64,000 nucleotides of DNA from contig CAVXZB010000073.1 in assembly GCA_963765895.1 (NCBI GenBank), forward strand, positions 49,879 to 113,878. The letters run 5' to 3'. The position numbers were made by a program, and so were the translations under genes. Shown here piece after piece: positions 24,440 through 35,304 of this stretch; positions within the stretch are counted from its first letter, which is position 1; every line of letters starts with the position of its first letter. The notes beneath the pieces are model-generated. The model was not told where the DNA came from and searched no databases. It saw nothing but the letters and a program-made list of their open reading frames with translations. This stretch comes from an uncultured Nitrososphaeraceae archaeon. GTDB lineage: Archaea; Thermoproteota; Nitrososphaeria; Nitrososphaerales; Nitrososphaeraceae.

Positions 24440-25375
24440 TGAGTAGATATTTCACTCGTCTGGCTGAGATGTCTGGGCTTAAACCAAATACTCATGGACT
24501 TGATACTTTGTCGACAACACTATTGAGAGAACGTAATGGTGTACCTATCAAAGAAAAACAAGAAGAAGACAATTTTGCTTCCTCATTTCAGGTTAAAAAG
24601 AATTCAGAAATTGATGATGAAATTGGCTATGGTATGAGCAAAAGGAAGCAATCTTTGCACAACGAAACTTTTTCCCAAATAAACAAGAAGCATAAAAACA
24701 TGGCCACAAATTATTCAACTAACAGAAGAAATGATACTAGTCCGAATCACTCATTCATTAGAGAAACAGCAGTTGATGGGTTTACTTCAGAGGCCAATTT
24801 GTTCTCGGCTATAACGAAAGGAAAGGATGTACGTAGCAGTAGATCGTCAAGTCGAAATTCAGCTGAAGATCGAAATAGTGTCTTTATGAGAAATAAAGAT
24901 AAAGACCGATTGCATGGTTCTGAATTCAAAGTTGATGAAAAACTTTCCGTATTGCCATCATTATTATCTTCCATATCAAATCCAGCTGAAGAAGATTGCC
25001 ATGTCAGAAGGTCATCCGTCTAAGGGTTATTTGGACAATCTGCTGGATATCCATTCGATCAGAAGCAACATAATTAAAAATGAGAAGCCATATGATGAGC
25101 TATCTCAGCCAACAAATTATGAGAATAATGATAAATTAAGTGGCTTAGCTTTCTTTGATTCAAGCACAAGGAGGCATAGCATCAACTATGATAAAAATAA
25201 TAATAATAATGATAATAGTGTATCTGTTTCTATTGGAACAATAGTTCTTAACGTTACCAACGCTAATAACGACAGCCCTAGAAATCAAATTTTCATACGT
25301 CAACCTGAGAGTAATCATGATGATGGGAACTCACGCTTCAGTCGACTCTATAGATATTATGGTGGATTGAGGTGA
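24439..25375 (+). CDS. Low-complexity eCIS protein, possibly tape-measure-like (~311 aa, one +1 frameshift)
   Basis: S/N/K/E-rich body with MSRYFTRL start and VSVSIGTIVLNV near the end; lies before DUF4255. Confidence 0.5.
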
Positions 25376-25385
25376 AAATTGCACA

Positions 25386-26627
25386 ATGAGCATATCAGTT
25401 TCTGGAAGGGCTATTGGGGCTGTTTCAGAACTTATAAAAACATACTTGATCAATTCCTGGCAAACTTTTGTCCTTCCTATTCCCACCATTACAATAGGTA
25501 GGCCAGAGAAAAGCACAATCACTGCTCATCAAGCACGACTTAACCTCTTCCTTTATGAATTAAAACGTGATCCACTGTTGAGAAATATGTCTTTAGGTAC
25601 GTCACGCTCTCCACCTTTATGGCTTATCGCAAAATATCTTCTGACAGCCTTTGATAGTTCGAGTGAAAGTGATAGCATAGATGCATTGCGATATTTAGGA
25701 GAAGGACTTAGAATACTGGCCGCGCTGAATAAGATCCCAATAGAAAACGGATCACTTCCTCTGCCTGAGCTTGACGAGAATCCTGAAGACCTTATACTAA
25801 CCATAGAAGATGTCGGAGTGGAGATTATAAGTCGAATAATGCAAGGACCTGATCAGCTATATAGATCGTCTGCAGGATTTGAAGTACGTCCAATAATGCT
25901 CTCTCCTTCAGGATTGCCTTCTTACTCCTTGCTAGTAGGTATAGATTATACACAGGATCCCATTGTTGAGATCGGTGAAAAGGGAGTTCAGATAGATGTT
26001 AATGCCCTTCCTCCACGCTCATCAATAACTACAATAACATCTAAGTTCGAATTGGATACTACGATTATAATTTATGGCAAGAATTTGGATTCGCCAGGTT
26101 TAGCTGTATACTTTGATCCATTTGAGCTCGTCATTACCTTGCAAACAAAAGATATGATAGAATGTCATATCGCCACGCCCATAATTGATGAAAATTCTAT
26201 TGCGGCTGGTTCTCGTGTGTTATATGTAGTTCAGAACATGGCAAGTATACTGCAGAGAAGAACAAGCAATTTGGTAATTGGCTCCTTAATTCCTAAAGTG
26301 GAGTCCGCCACTCCAAACTCTATTAGCAAAGTTAGTGATCCATCTACAGGTAATCCCTTAATAGAAGGAAACATTGACATGCTAGGAAATCTTTTAGGAA
26401 GAATAGAGGATGACGTAATCGTTGGGCTATATAAGGATGGAAAAACAACTAATGTCCTCACCGAGATTATAGTAAATCCAACTTCACCTCTTAGCTCGCC
26501 ACAGCATAGCGTCAGACTTCCAATTAGAAGCGCAAACAAGGTAACACCAGATACTTATAGACTAATTTATACAGTAAATGGAGAACAAGCAAAAAGCAGT
26601 CCTCTTGTAAGGCTTGACACACCATAG
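25386..26627 (+). CDS. DUF4255 (Afp16/Pvc16-like cap / sheath terminator) with C-terminal Ig/IPT-like domains
   Basis: IGAVSELIK, RLNLFLYEL...LRN, PPLWLIAKYLLTAF, YRSSAGFEV. Confidence 0.85.
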   Translation: MSISVSGRAIGAVSELIKTYLINSWQTFVLPIPTITIGRPEKSTITAHQARLNLFLYELKRDPLLRNMSLGTSRSPPLWLIAKYLLTAFDSSSESDSIDALRYLGEGLRILAALNKIPIENGSLPLPELDENPEDLILTIEDVGVEIISRIMQGPDQLYRSSAGFEVRPIMLSPSGLPSYSLLVGIDYTQDPIVEIGEKGVQIDVNALPPRSSITTITSKFELDTTIIIYGKNLDSPGLAVYFDPFELVITLQTKDMIECHIATPIIDENSIAAGSRVLYVVQNMASILQRRTSNLVIGSLIPKVESATPNSISKVSDPSTGNPLIEGNIDMLGNLLGRIEDDVIVGLYKDGKTTNVLTEIIVNPTSPLSSPQHSVRLPIRSANKVTPDTYRLIYTVNGEQAKSSPLVRLDTP

Positions 26628-26629
26628 AA

Positions 26630-28872
26630 TTGTCTCATCACAAAGAAATTGGTTCTACAACTTTTTCTCCTTTGCTCAAAATAGACGACAAGTTTCTAAC
26701 TTTCTGGTTACAAAATGTTACGATAAGGCTTAGAAGAGAAATGTGCTGGAAACTACAGGAACGCTCATTGCTTCTTGACCCTGATACTCACAGTTTGCAT
26801 GGATCTACAGCTTTCCTAGAGAAAGGAATATCCGATCTAAGTCAAGTTCGATATTGGCAAAATAAACAGAGATTCTTTCAAACTGATGTCACTGCCAAGT
26901 ACTTATCGGACTTATTAGAACAAAAACTGCCAGAGGTCGCAGATCATGACAATGAAAATAACCTTCAAGGAAGTATGCATTGGCTTGCTGACCAATTAGA
27001 TTTAGATGATGCTTCTATTCTTCTATTGTCCCTAGCCTTAGCATGTCATTTAGATGCTGCTGTGGGAAATGTTGTTTCACTATGTTTATCTGATCCAAGC
27101 AAGACAGAAGCAACTCTGGGACTAGCACAGAAACTCTGGGATAAGCCAGAAGAAATTCTCTTGTTAAGTGATCCTGGTCACACGTTGTTTAGATTTGGGC
27201 TCTTGGAGAATCCGATGATTAATAACATAAACAATAGTGGTGGTGTTAGCAATGCCTTTGATATATCCCTAAGAGTTCCACCTCTAGTCGCTAATCATTT
27301 AATCTTTTCTAGACACTCACAGCTTCCTCCAGGTACTAAGGCCAATAACACCAGCGCCCGAAGTAGATCGGATCGGAAGAAACAGATCAGATATGGATTA
27401 TGTCGCATCTAGAATCAAAAATGTATCTCATCAGGGACTGCTGGTGATCCCGATCCTGGGTTTGAGAAGATCGTCGCGCCTGCACGTTGTGGAGGACATG
27501 TCGAAGTACACTGGTAGACCAGTTGTTGAGATTGTGACAACAGCTGCGCAGACACGTTTACTTGAGAACCTTGACTACTTAGGCTCTGTAATGTCTTTAT
27601 GTTGGCTAAGAGACGAAGATTTGTATCTAGACCTTGAATTTCTGCCGAGACGAAAGTCTGAAGGTTTGACTGAAGTAGACCAATTCAAGCTCCCTTTTAC
27701 GTCGCTTCCAATAACTATCTACCTTGGCATTTTAGAGACTAGAGATCTGTTAATCATTCCTAGATCTCTACTAGGCCCAACAATGGAGGCTTATAATCTA
27801 TCATATACTGAGAGGGTTCAGTTCTGGAGGCAGTGCTTGGGTTCCTATGGGGAAGGCTTTGAAAATTCTATACTGGAATGTTCCCGCAGATTCAGATTTG
27901 ACGAAGAAGAAATAGCAAATGTTTGTAAAACCATTAGAGGATTAAGACGGCCCCCAAGTCCTCAAGACTTTATTTCGTCGTGTTGGATGGAAGCAGATCT
28001 TGACATGGGAGAGTTAGCACAGAAGGTTAATCCTAGGTTCAATAGTGAAGAGCTAGTTCTTCCAATCAAAGAAAAATTACAATTTGAGGAGCTGTTAAAT
28101 GCTATGCGATCTCTCACACGAGTCCACTATGAATGGGAGACAGGAGCTGCCTGGAGTGAGGCTGGCATATCCGCACTTTTTGCAGGGCCTTCTGGTGTTG
28201 GAAAAACCATGGCTGCAGAGATCTTATCAAGAGAGTTGGAAATGCCAATGTTCAGAATCGATCTCTCTCAGGTTGTTAACAAATATATCGGAGAAACAGA
28301 AAAAAATCTGAAAAAATTATTTGACAAAGCCGAGTTATATGATGTCTTGCTGTTTTTTGATGAAGCAGATTCTCTTTTTGGCCGCAGAACTGAGGTGAAA
28401 GATGCACATGACAGATATGCTAATCTAGAAGTCAATTATTTGCTACAGCGAATGGAAAGATACAAGGGTCTAGCCATCCTGGCTACAAACAGATTAAAGG
28501 ATATAGATGACGCCTTTTTGCGCAGACTCCGTTACGTGATTGAATTTCCATTTCCCAACAAATCCCAAAGGGCAGCTATTTGGAGACAATGCATCCCGCG
28601 ATCTGTTGACTCAAGTGAAATCGATATAGATTTTCTCTCTATGCAGTTTCAGTTAACTGGAGGAAATATTCGCTCTATTGTATTTAACGCATGTTTGCAG
28701 TCTGCTGCCTGCCTCATCTCCAAATATAAAATCATCTAACAATACAAAAAAAATTACGATGGAAAGTATCATAGTGGCAATAAAGAGAGAATATGATAAG
28801 CTAAAACAGTCGACAACAATTGAACAATTTGGACAATACAGAAACATTGTGGAGAACATCAGTCAGCAATAA
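26630..28872 (+). CDS. eCIS AAA+ ATPase (Afp15/Pvc15-like), ~746 aa, two +1 frameshifts
   Basis: Walker A GPSGVGKT, Walker B LLFFDEAD, family signature VVNKYIGETEKNL...DAHDRYAN, DDAFLRR. Confidence 0.92.
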
Positions 28873-29175
28873 GTGAGCACAATGGTAGCACTACAAATTA
28901 AGATAGATAGAATAGAAATCAAAATGGCCGGTTTCTCAGAAAATACTGTAAGACAGGTCAGCAGAGCCTTTAGTAGAGAGCTATCCTTTCAGGCTTCAGA
29001 GTTATTGAGAAATATCGATTCAGAAATTGTAGTTAGTATCTCAGACAAATTAGATGCCGGTAATCTGTATGTACGTGAAGAGAACATAAGTCACCCAAAT
29101 CAATTAGGAAAGATAATTGCCAATAAGGTACTAAAATCTTTAGTAGTAGAATCAGAAGTAGAAAAAGAAACATGA
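28873..29175 (+). CDS. Small eCIS-associated hypothetical protein
   Basis: 100-aa ORF abutting the ATPase; IKIDRIEI start. Confidence 0.6.
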   Translation: MSTMVALQIKIDRIEIKMAGFSENTVRQVSRAFSRELSFQASELLRNIDSEIVVSISDKLDAGNLYVREENISHPNQLGKIIANKVLKSLVVESEVEKET

Positions 29176-29224
29176 TAAGAAGGTCTATAACACATACTAG
29201 TGCTAGATTTAATTGAACTATTAA

Positions 29225-29885
29225 ATGAAGGGAGCCTTAATTGCATACAGCTTTGATAAGTTAATCCCAATTATTAAAAATGTGGTTTTCTTTCATTTCA
29301 TGCCCGAAAGCGTCATAAGAGAAATTGTAATTCCCACCAAGAATTTGAAAACTGAAACAATTCAGGCTGGAACTGAGCCAGTAGAAACAATAAGGTTTAC
29401 TGCCCATTTTGACGCCAGTGATCTGTTAAACAAAGGTGATAATGTGACCCAGCAAGTAGGTATAGGACAGCAATTGGCAGCCCTTGAGAAATTGGTATAT
29501 CCAATAACCAAGCAGAGCTCGCTGGTAGGCGCAGCGCTTGATGCAGTTGGAGATTCTGATCCCCAACAAAAAAGATAGCCCAACGTCTCCAATACCTAGG
29601 CTCTCATATCCTCCCACATTACTTGTTTGGGGATTGACACGATTGCTTCCTGTAGTACTTACTTCCTTAAATATTACTGAACAGAGGTATGACAAATTTC
29701 TCAATCCTCTTAGAGCCGACGTGACAATCTCATTAAATGTGATGCAAGTAAGCGCAAGCATGGATAAGATTGCTAAGGCGGCCCTATCATGGACAAACAA
29801 TGTTAAAGATTCTTTGGCTATTATTAATTTAGCTTCTGATTCTGCTGAATTTTCAAAGGAGGTCTCTGACATTGTTTCATTTTGA
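29225..29885 (+). CDS. CIS tube-initiator-like protein (Afp7 N-terminal-like), ~219 aa, one +1 frameshift
   Basis: MKGALI, FHFMPESVIR, QLAALEKLVYP, LLVWG..RLLPVVLTSLNITEQRYD..LNPLRADVTISL. Confidence 0.75.
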
Positions 29886-29955
29886 CTATTATATTATGTG
29901 CATGAATAATTATAATAGCAATGACCGATTTTATATTCAGAGTAATTATTAGAAC

Positions 29956-30237
29956 ATGTTTGCAAAATCATCACGATACAACGGAGTAAAACTTATGCAA
30001 ACTACTTTTTCTGATGGACGTAAAGTAAGTGCGATTTTTATACGCAGGATTCATACAATAGAAGGCGAGCTGACTACCATAGACGGTAACGATCGTCTGG
30101 ATATTATTGCATCAGATAAATACAATGATCCTACAAGATTCTGGTACATAGCTGACGCCAACACACAACTTGACTCCATCAAATTGGTAAAGAGTTCACC
30201 AAGAGAAGTCATAAAAATTCTAGTGCCCCCACCATGA
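29956..30237 (+). CDS. LysM-like baseplate protein (gpX/gp53-like)
   Basis: SRY...DRLDIIASDKYNDPTRFWYIADAN. Confidence 0.85.
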   Translation: MFAKSSRYNGVKLMQTTFSDGRKVSAIFIRRIHTIEGELTTIDGNDRLDIIASDKYNDPTRFWYIADANTQLDSIKLVKSSPREVIKILVPPP

Positions 30238-31370
30238 GCAGTTCTGTAGAACAGTACAAGATAATACTTGGAAATAGAACAGCTAACGATGAAGAATTAG
30301 ATGCAGTATCAGACATCACTATTGAACAAGCTGCAGACATGATTTGGGAAGCAACAATAAGTCTATCAATAAATGTGGATGAAGAAGGTATTTGGAATAT
30401 TAATGATAAGGACTTTACAGATCCACAGTTTCGTGCAAGGATCGAAGTTAGGTCGAAAAGCAATTCCTTTGTACCATTGATCGACGGACCCATAGTCTAT
30501 AGTGATACAGATCTTAGATCGGAGCCAGGACAGAGCTCCATGAAGCTAGTAGTTAACGACGATAGCATATTACTCAACAAAGACGAAGAAATTCTGCAGT
30601 TCACAAACAAGAAGGATAGCGATATAGCTAAAGAGATCTATGAGCGTGCATTTGGTGCTAATACTGGGCATCAAATTGAAAAGACCACAGCTCCCGTAGA
30701 TACGATCAATTTTCGCGGCACCTCAATGCAACTCTTGCACAAGCTGGCTGCAAGAAATGAAATGTATGCATACGTCCTGCCGGGCAGTGAACCATGCAAA
30801 AGCATAGGTTGCTTTAACACTCAACAACCGATAGTTCCAGCTGACTTGATATTACTTGGTGAGAAACGAAACATTGAGAGTTTAAACGTGAAAGTAAATT
30901 CTCTAAAACCAACAAAAGAGAAAAATAGCAATATTAATCCCAAGAATAGTAACATAGAATCGCAGGTTTATGCTCCCAATTATACTACATCAGAGCTTTT
31001 AGGAGATAGACCAATTATTCAGGATGACAGGACGATATCTTCTAATGTAATTCGTCTATCCCAGAGGCTATTTCATCCTACCTCTGGTTTTTTATGTAAT
31101 ACAGAACAATCAGCAATAGCGCGGACAAAAAAATCAGGCTATTCGGTTGAAGCCACAGGAGAACTCATAGAAATTTGCGAATATCCTGATATCCTCATGC
31201 CCTATGAATATGTTACAGTAAAGGCTGGTAATTCCAGTCATAGTGGGAAATACTTCATTACAAAAGCTACTCACAAGTTAACGCCTTCCAGCCACACACA
31301 ATCTTTTACGCTTATACGTAATGCTTATTCCAACACCTCTAAATCTGACAATGAGGAGATAATTGCTTAA
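30234..31370 (+). CDS. Baseplate hub protein (gpD/gp27-like, VgrG N-terminal half)
   Basis: LIDGPI, DSDIAKEI, LLHKLAARN, SGKYFITKATHKL...QSFTLIRNA. Confidence 0.85.
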   Translation: MSSSVEQYKIILGNRTANDEELDAVSDITIEQAADMIWEATISLSINVDEEGIWNINDKDFTDPQFRARIEVRSKSNSFVPLIDGPIVYSDTDLRSEPGQSSMKLVVNDDSILLNKDEEILQFTNKKDSDIAKEIYERAFGANTGHQIEKTTAPVDTINFRGTSMQLLHKLAARNEMYAYVLPGSEPCKSIGCFNTQQPIVPADLILLGEKRNIESLNVKVNSLKPTKEKNSNINPKNSNIESQVYAPNYTTSELLGDRPIIQDDRTISSNVIRLSQRLFHPTSGFLCNTEQSAIARTKKSGYSVEATGELIEICEYPDILMPYEYVTVKAGNSSHSGKYFITKATHKLTPSSHTQSFTLIRNAYSNTSKSDNEEIIA

Positions 31371-31910
31371 TGTTAGATCAAGATACCGAAAAACAAATTG
31401 TTTCGCTTAGTGAAGCAATAGAATCTAGGTTTTATGGGAAGGTACAGAGGCATAGTAACCAAAGTTGGATCTACCCGTGATGATCTGGGTGTTATATCGG
31501 TAAAAATTCCTGACGTTTTTCATGATGCTGAGATACCATTGACCAACCCAGCTTTCCAGTTTGCAGGTAATGGTTGGGGGTTTGCTGCGTTTCCAAAAAA
31601 AGATGATGGAGTATGGATAGAATTCGAAGAAGGAAATCAGTGCAAACCTATCTGGACAGGAGGCTATTGGTTTACAAAAGATGAGATACCAAAGTCGCTT
31701 GACTGGAATACCATTTCTATAGTGTCTAGATTTGGACATAAAATTATCATGGATGATAAGAACAAAATATTATCTCTAGTTCATGCCAACGGACCTGAAA
31801 TTGATCTAACCAATGATAAAATTATTTTCAGAGTTGGGAACACCGAAATGGTAATCTCTGACAACGGACTACATGTAAATAATACATTGTTTGAGGTGAA
31901 AACGAAATAG
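31370..31910 (+). CDS. Spike protein (gp5/gpV OB-fold, VgrG C-terminal half), ~179 aa, one +1 frameshift
   Basis: ATG at 31370; removing one G restores RFYGKYRGIV; FPKKDDGVWIEFEEGNQCKPIWTG. Confidence 0.85.
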
Positions 31911-32009
31911 ACATCGATATAGAAATCTATACCGAGAATGATCGCTATTTAAAAGAGATATTGGGCATGTATTCAAATCTAAAAAGAAGTGGTGGTGTTA
32001 CTATGAATT

Positions 32010-32322
32010 ATGGCAGAAATTCTTACTACATCAAGTGAGGTAAGATGTCCACACGGTGCTGGTGGAAGAGCAATTTTGACCTCAACGAACACTAGAATAT
32101 CTACCAACGGTAAAAGATTACTACTAGAGTCAGATATTCATTCTATCCAGCCAGGCTGTCCACTACATACTCCTTGTACATTTATCATTTGGACAAAAAG
32201 GCAGCAAGACTTTAAAATACAACGGCGTTGCATTACTTACGAGTGAAAGCAAAGGAATCTGTATGCCGTCTCAGGATTATGCCATAATTTCTGCTCAACA
32301 GACAGTGATATCAAATGGTTAG
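32010..32322 (+). CDS. PAAR-like spike tip protein (~103 aa, one +1 frameshift in an A run)
   Basis: VRCPHG, GCP...PC; corrected C-terminus WTKGSKTLKYNGVALLTSESKGIC. Confidence 0.75.
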
Positions 32323-32707
32323 TGGTTCAGGCAGTCATTTAGCATTTCCGTTTAGGATATCACAAAAAGGATGCATAGAACAAGTTTCCTCAGTTGAAGA
32401 ACATGTAAAACAGGAATTGATACAGCTAGTTCTTACTGACAATGGAGAGAGATTGTTTTTGCCTGAATTTGGAGGTGGCGCACGCGCATTTGTTTTCAAA
32501 AACGTCGATGCCGCTACTTCGAGCATTGCAAAGTCAGCTCTAATGCAGGCAATTTCTAAATGGCTTGGTCACAGGTTAGTTATTGAGGATTTAGAGGTAT
32601 CAGCAGTACAAGAAGGACAAGGAGAAAATCTTAATATTATCATCAATTACCACATAGCAGGAACAGAAGATACAAGAGAAGTAATGTTTCAACGCAAGGG
32701 TGAATAG
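32315..32707 (+). CDS. GPW/gp25 baseplate wedge protein (Afp9-like)
   Basis: HLAFPFRI, LTDNGERLFLPEFGGG. Confidence 0.9.
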   Translation: MVSGSGSHLAFPFRISQKGCIEQVSSVEEHVKQELIQLVLTDNGERLFLPEFGGGARAFVFKNVDAATSSIAKSALMQAISKWLGHRLVIEDLEVSAVQEGQGENLNIIINYHIAGTEDTREVMFQRKGE

Positions 32708-32712
32708 CTTTA

Positions 32713-35216
32713 TTGTCAATTATCATAGACGAGGAAAAATTAAAAGATAGAGCACGTAGCCTCAAGAATTTAGGACTTAACGGTATAGAATTTGTGATTG
32801 TAATACTTGAGGATACACCTATTCCTTCAAAAGCATTTCTTGAACTCCATTTCTATAACAATAATGAGCTTGACAATATACTAACTGAAAGTCCTCAAAA
32901 TCTAGTCAATATATTCCCTATCTCTGGAGGTAGCAGGATCTCTGGCTGGTCCCAATCCTGGCCAAGTGAAGGTCACAGGGGTCGAAGGCAGTTCTGGAAA
33001 TAACTTCTTGACCCTTGTTGTGTCTCCTGTGGGAGATTATTCTACCTATCAATTATCTGTAAATTATAATAATATTGATCCCCACTTGTCATTTAGCCGT
33101 ATCGACTTCAAGTTCAGACCTAGTTGTTTTAATATGGATTGCAGACCAGAATGGGAATCAATAACACAGATAGATAAAGAACCAATAATAGATTATCTTG
33201 CCAAGGACTACGATTCATTTAAACACACAATGATTGCCTCGATGATGCAGAGAGTGCCTAATTGGATGCCGACCAGCGAAGCTGATCAGGATATGGTAAT
33301 TTTAGAGTTGCTAAGCGCGGTTGCTGACCAACTTAGTGATTACCAAGATAGAGTGATGAATGAGGCCTTTCTACTTACAGCTAAAAAGAGAGTCTCGCTT
33401 GCAGGACATGCCAGACTTATGAACTATTTTATTAATCAAGGAAATCAAGCACACACATATCTTGCTTTGAATGTGAATCAGGAGTTTGAATTAGATGGAC
33501 TCTTTAAAGTCTGGGCTGGAGGCGCAGCTAGGGATCAATCCTCAATAGTGTTTAGTGGTCCTCCATCTATCCTCTTTAACAATAAAGATGGTAATCAAAA
33601 CAACAACAATAATCCACATTTCTACCCTGAACTTAACAACATTAAACTATACACGTGGAGCGATTCTGTAGCAGGACTGCAAGCAGGTGCAAGGTCAGCA
33701 GATCTGATACTAAAAAAAGGTGATGGTGTAACCGATTTGACACAAGCTGAGGCTGACACTTTTAAAAATAATATCAACCAAGGGCTAACTCCATACTTAT
33801 TAATCCAGGCTGGGCATCCATCACAACCACAATCACAAAACCAGGAAAGTGACAGATTGAAGGATAAAAGACAGTTATTAAGCTTAATCCAAGCTCAAGT
33901 CATATTTGATCCTGCAACCGCGAAGAATGTACTTCGAATATGGTGGAAGGACGATTTAGATTTTAATATTTGTACTAATATTGACCTGTTTCATGGAAAC
34001 ATAATGCAGGTATACTATGGCGAGAAGACGCCCACCATAGGGGATGCAGAAATAGATCCAAATTTAATGCCAGTTACCTTTAAGGAAAAAGAAACAAACC
34101 CAAAACTAGGTGAAAATGAATTCTATTACGAAAGGACCCATTGGGGAACTATATGCAAGATTCCCGACCTGCTGCTCTATATGGAAACTCCTTTAGGGGG
34201 AGAGATTCCAGCAATCACAACTCTTTCAGATGTTACAGTTGTTACGATTGGCGATAATAACACTAACAACATTAAGGTTCAAGAACGGTGGAGAGAGAGT
34301 CCTGATTTAATTCATAGGACTAGTCTAGACAAGAACTATATGGTAGAGACAGATGAGGATGGGACTAGCAATGTAAGATTTGGCAATGGTGTAAATGGCA
34401 TGAATCTCCCAGATGGTGCCACCGTTATCTGCTCCTACATGAAAGGGCCCTTATCAGGCATTGCGGGCAATATTGGTGCAGATACGCTAAGAAATTATGA
34501 CGAACAAGATTCAATAGGTAGCAAAATTGATGGCTGCTGGAACCCATTTGATGTTACCAGTGGCAGAGAAATGGAAGCCGTTTCACAGATCATACGTCGA
34601 GTCCCAGAAGCATATAAATCACATCAGCGGCGAGCAATAACGCTTCAGGATTATGTTGATAGAGTTGAAGAAGTTTCAGGAGTTTCTAAAGCTTCAGCTG
34701 AGTATCAATGGACAGGAAGTTGGAGAACAGTTAGAGTAAGTATTGATCCGCAAGGGGGTGTTGAATTAGATGACAAACTAAGAAAAGAAATAGCATCTCA
34801 CTTGAATGCAACAAAGCTCCTTGGTGAGGACTTCGAAATCCGGAAGGCGCATTATGTTCCACTAGAAATTGAAGTGATTTGTTGTGTGGATCAAGATCAT
34901 TGGGTTGAAGATTTGAAGTATATTGTAGAACAGGAATTCTCAACAGGCTATACCCCAGATGGAAGACCATCGTTCTTCAATCCTGACATGTGGACCTTTG
35001 GTCAGAGCATACATCGTAGCCAGGTAATAGGCAGAGTAGAATCCATCACGGGAATTGATCATGTGGTTGGATTAATCATGAAAAAATGGGGCCGAGTCCA
35101 AAGCACAGAAAATTTCATAAAAATAGAAGCAAACGAAATAGTAACAGGTAGAAAACGACCATGATTGCCTGGAGAAAGGTTCCATCCACTTTATACTTAA
35201 AGGAGGAAGGGGATAA
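32713..35216 (+). CDS. Baseplate J-like protein 1 (Afp11-like), ~833 aa, two +1 frameshifts
   Basis: LNGIEFV, IDYLAKDYDSFK, LSDYQDRVMNEAFL, VRFGNGVNG, RAITLQDY, WTGSW. Confidence 0.88.
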
Positions 35217-35304
35217 CAAGAAGAAATGACGATAACTGCAATGGTGATGATCATGGTGTCAATAGCACTGGTGATCATGGTGTAGTGGTAGTGATGATTA
35301 ACAT

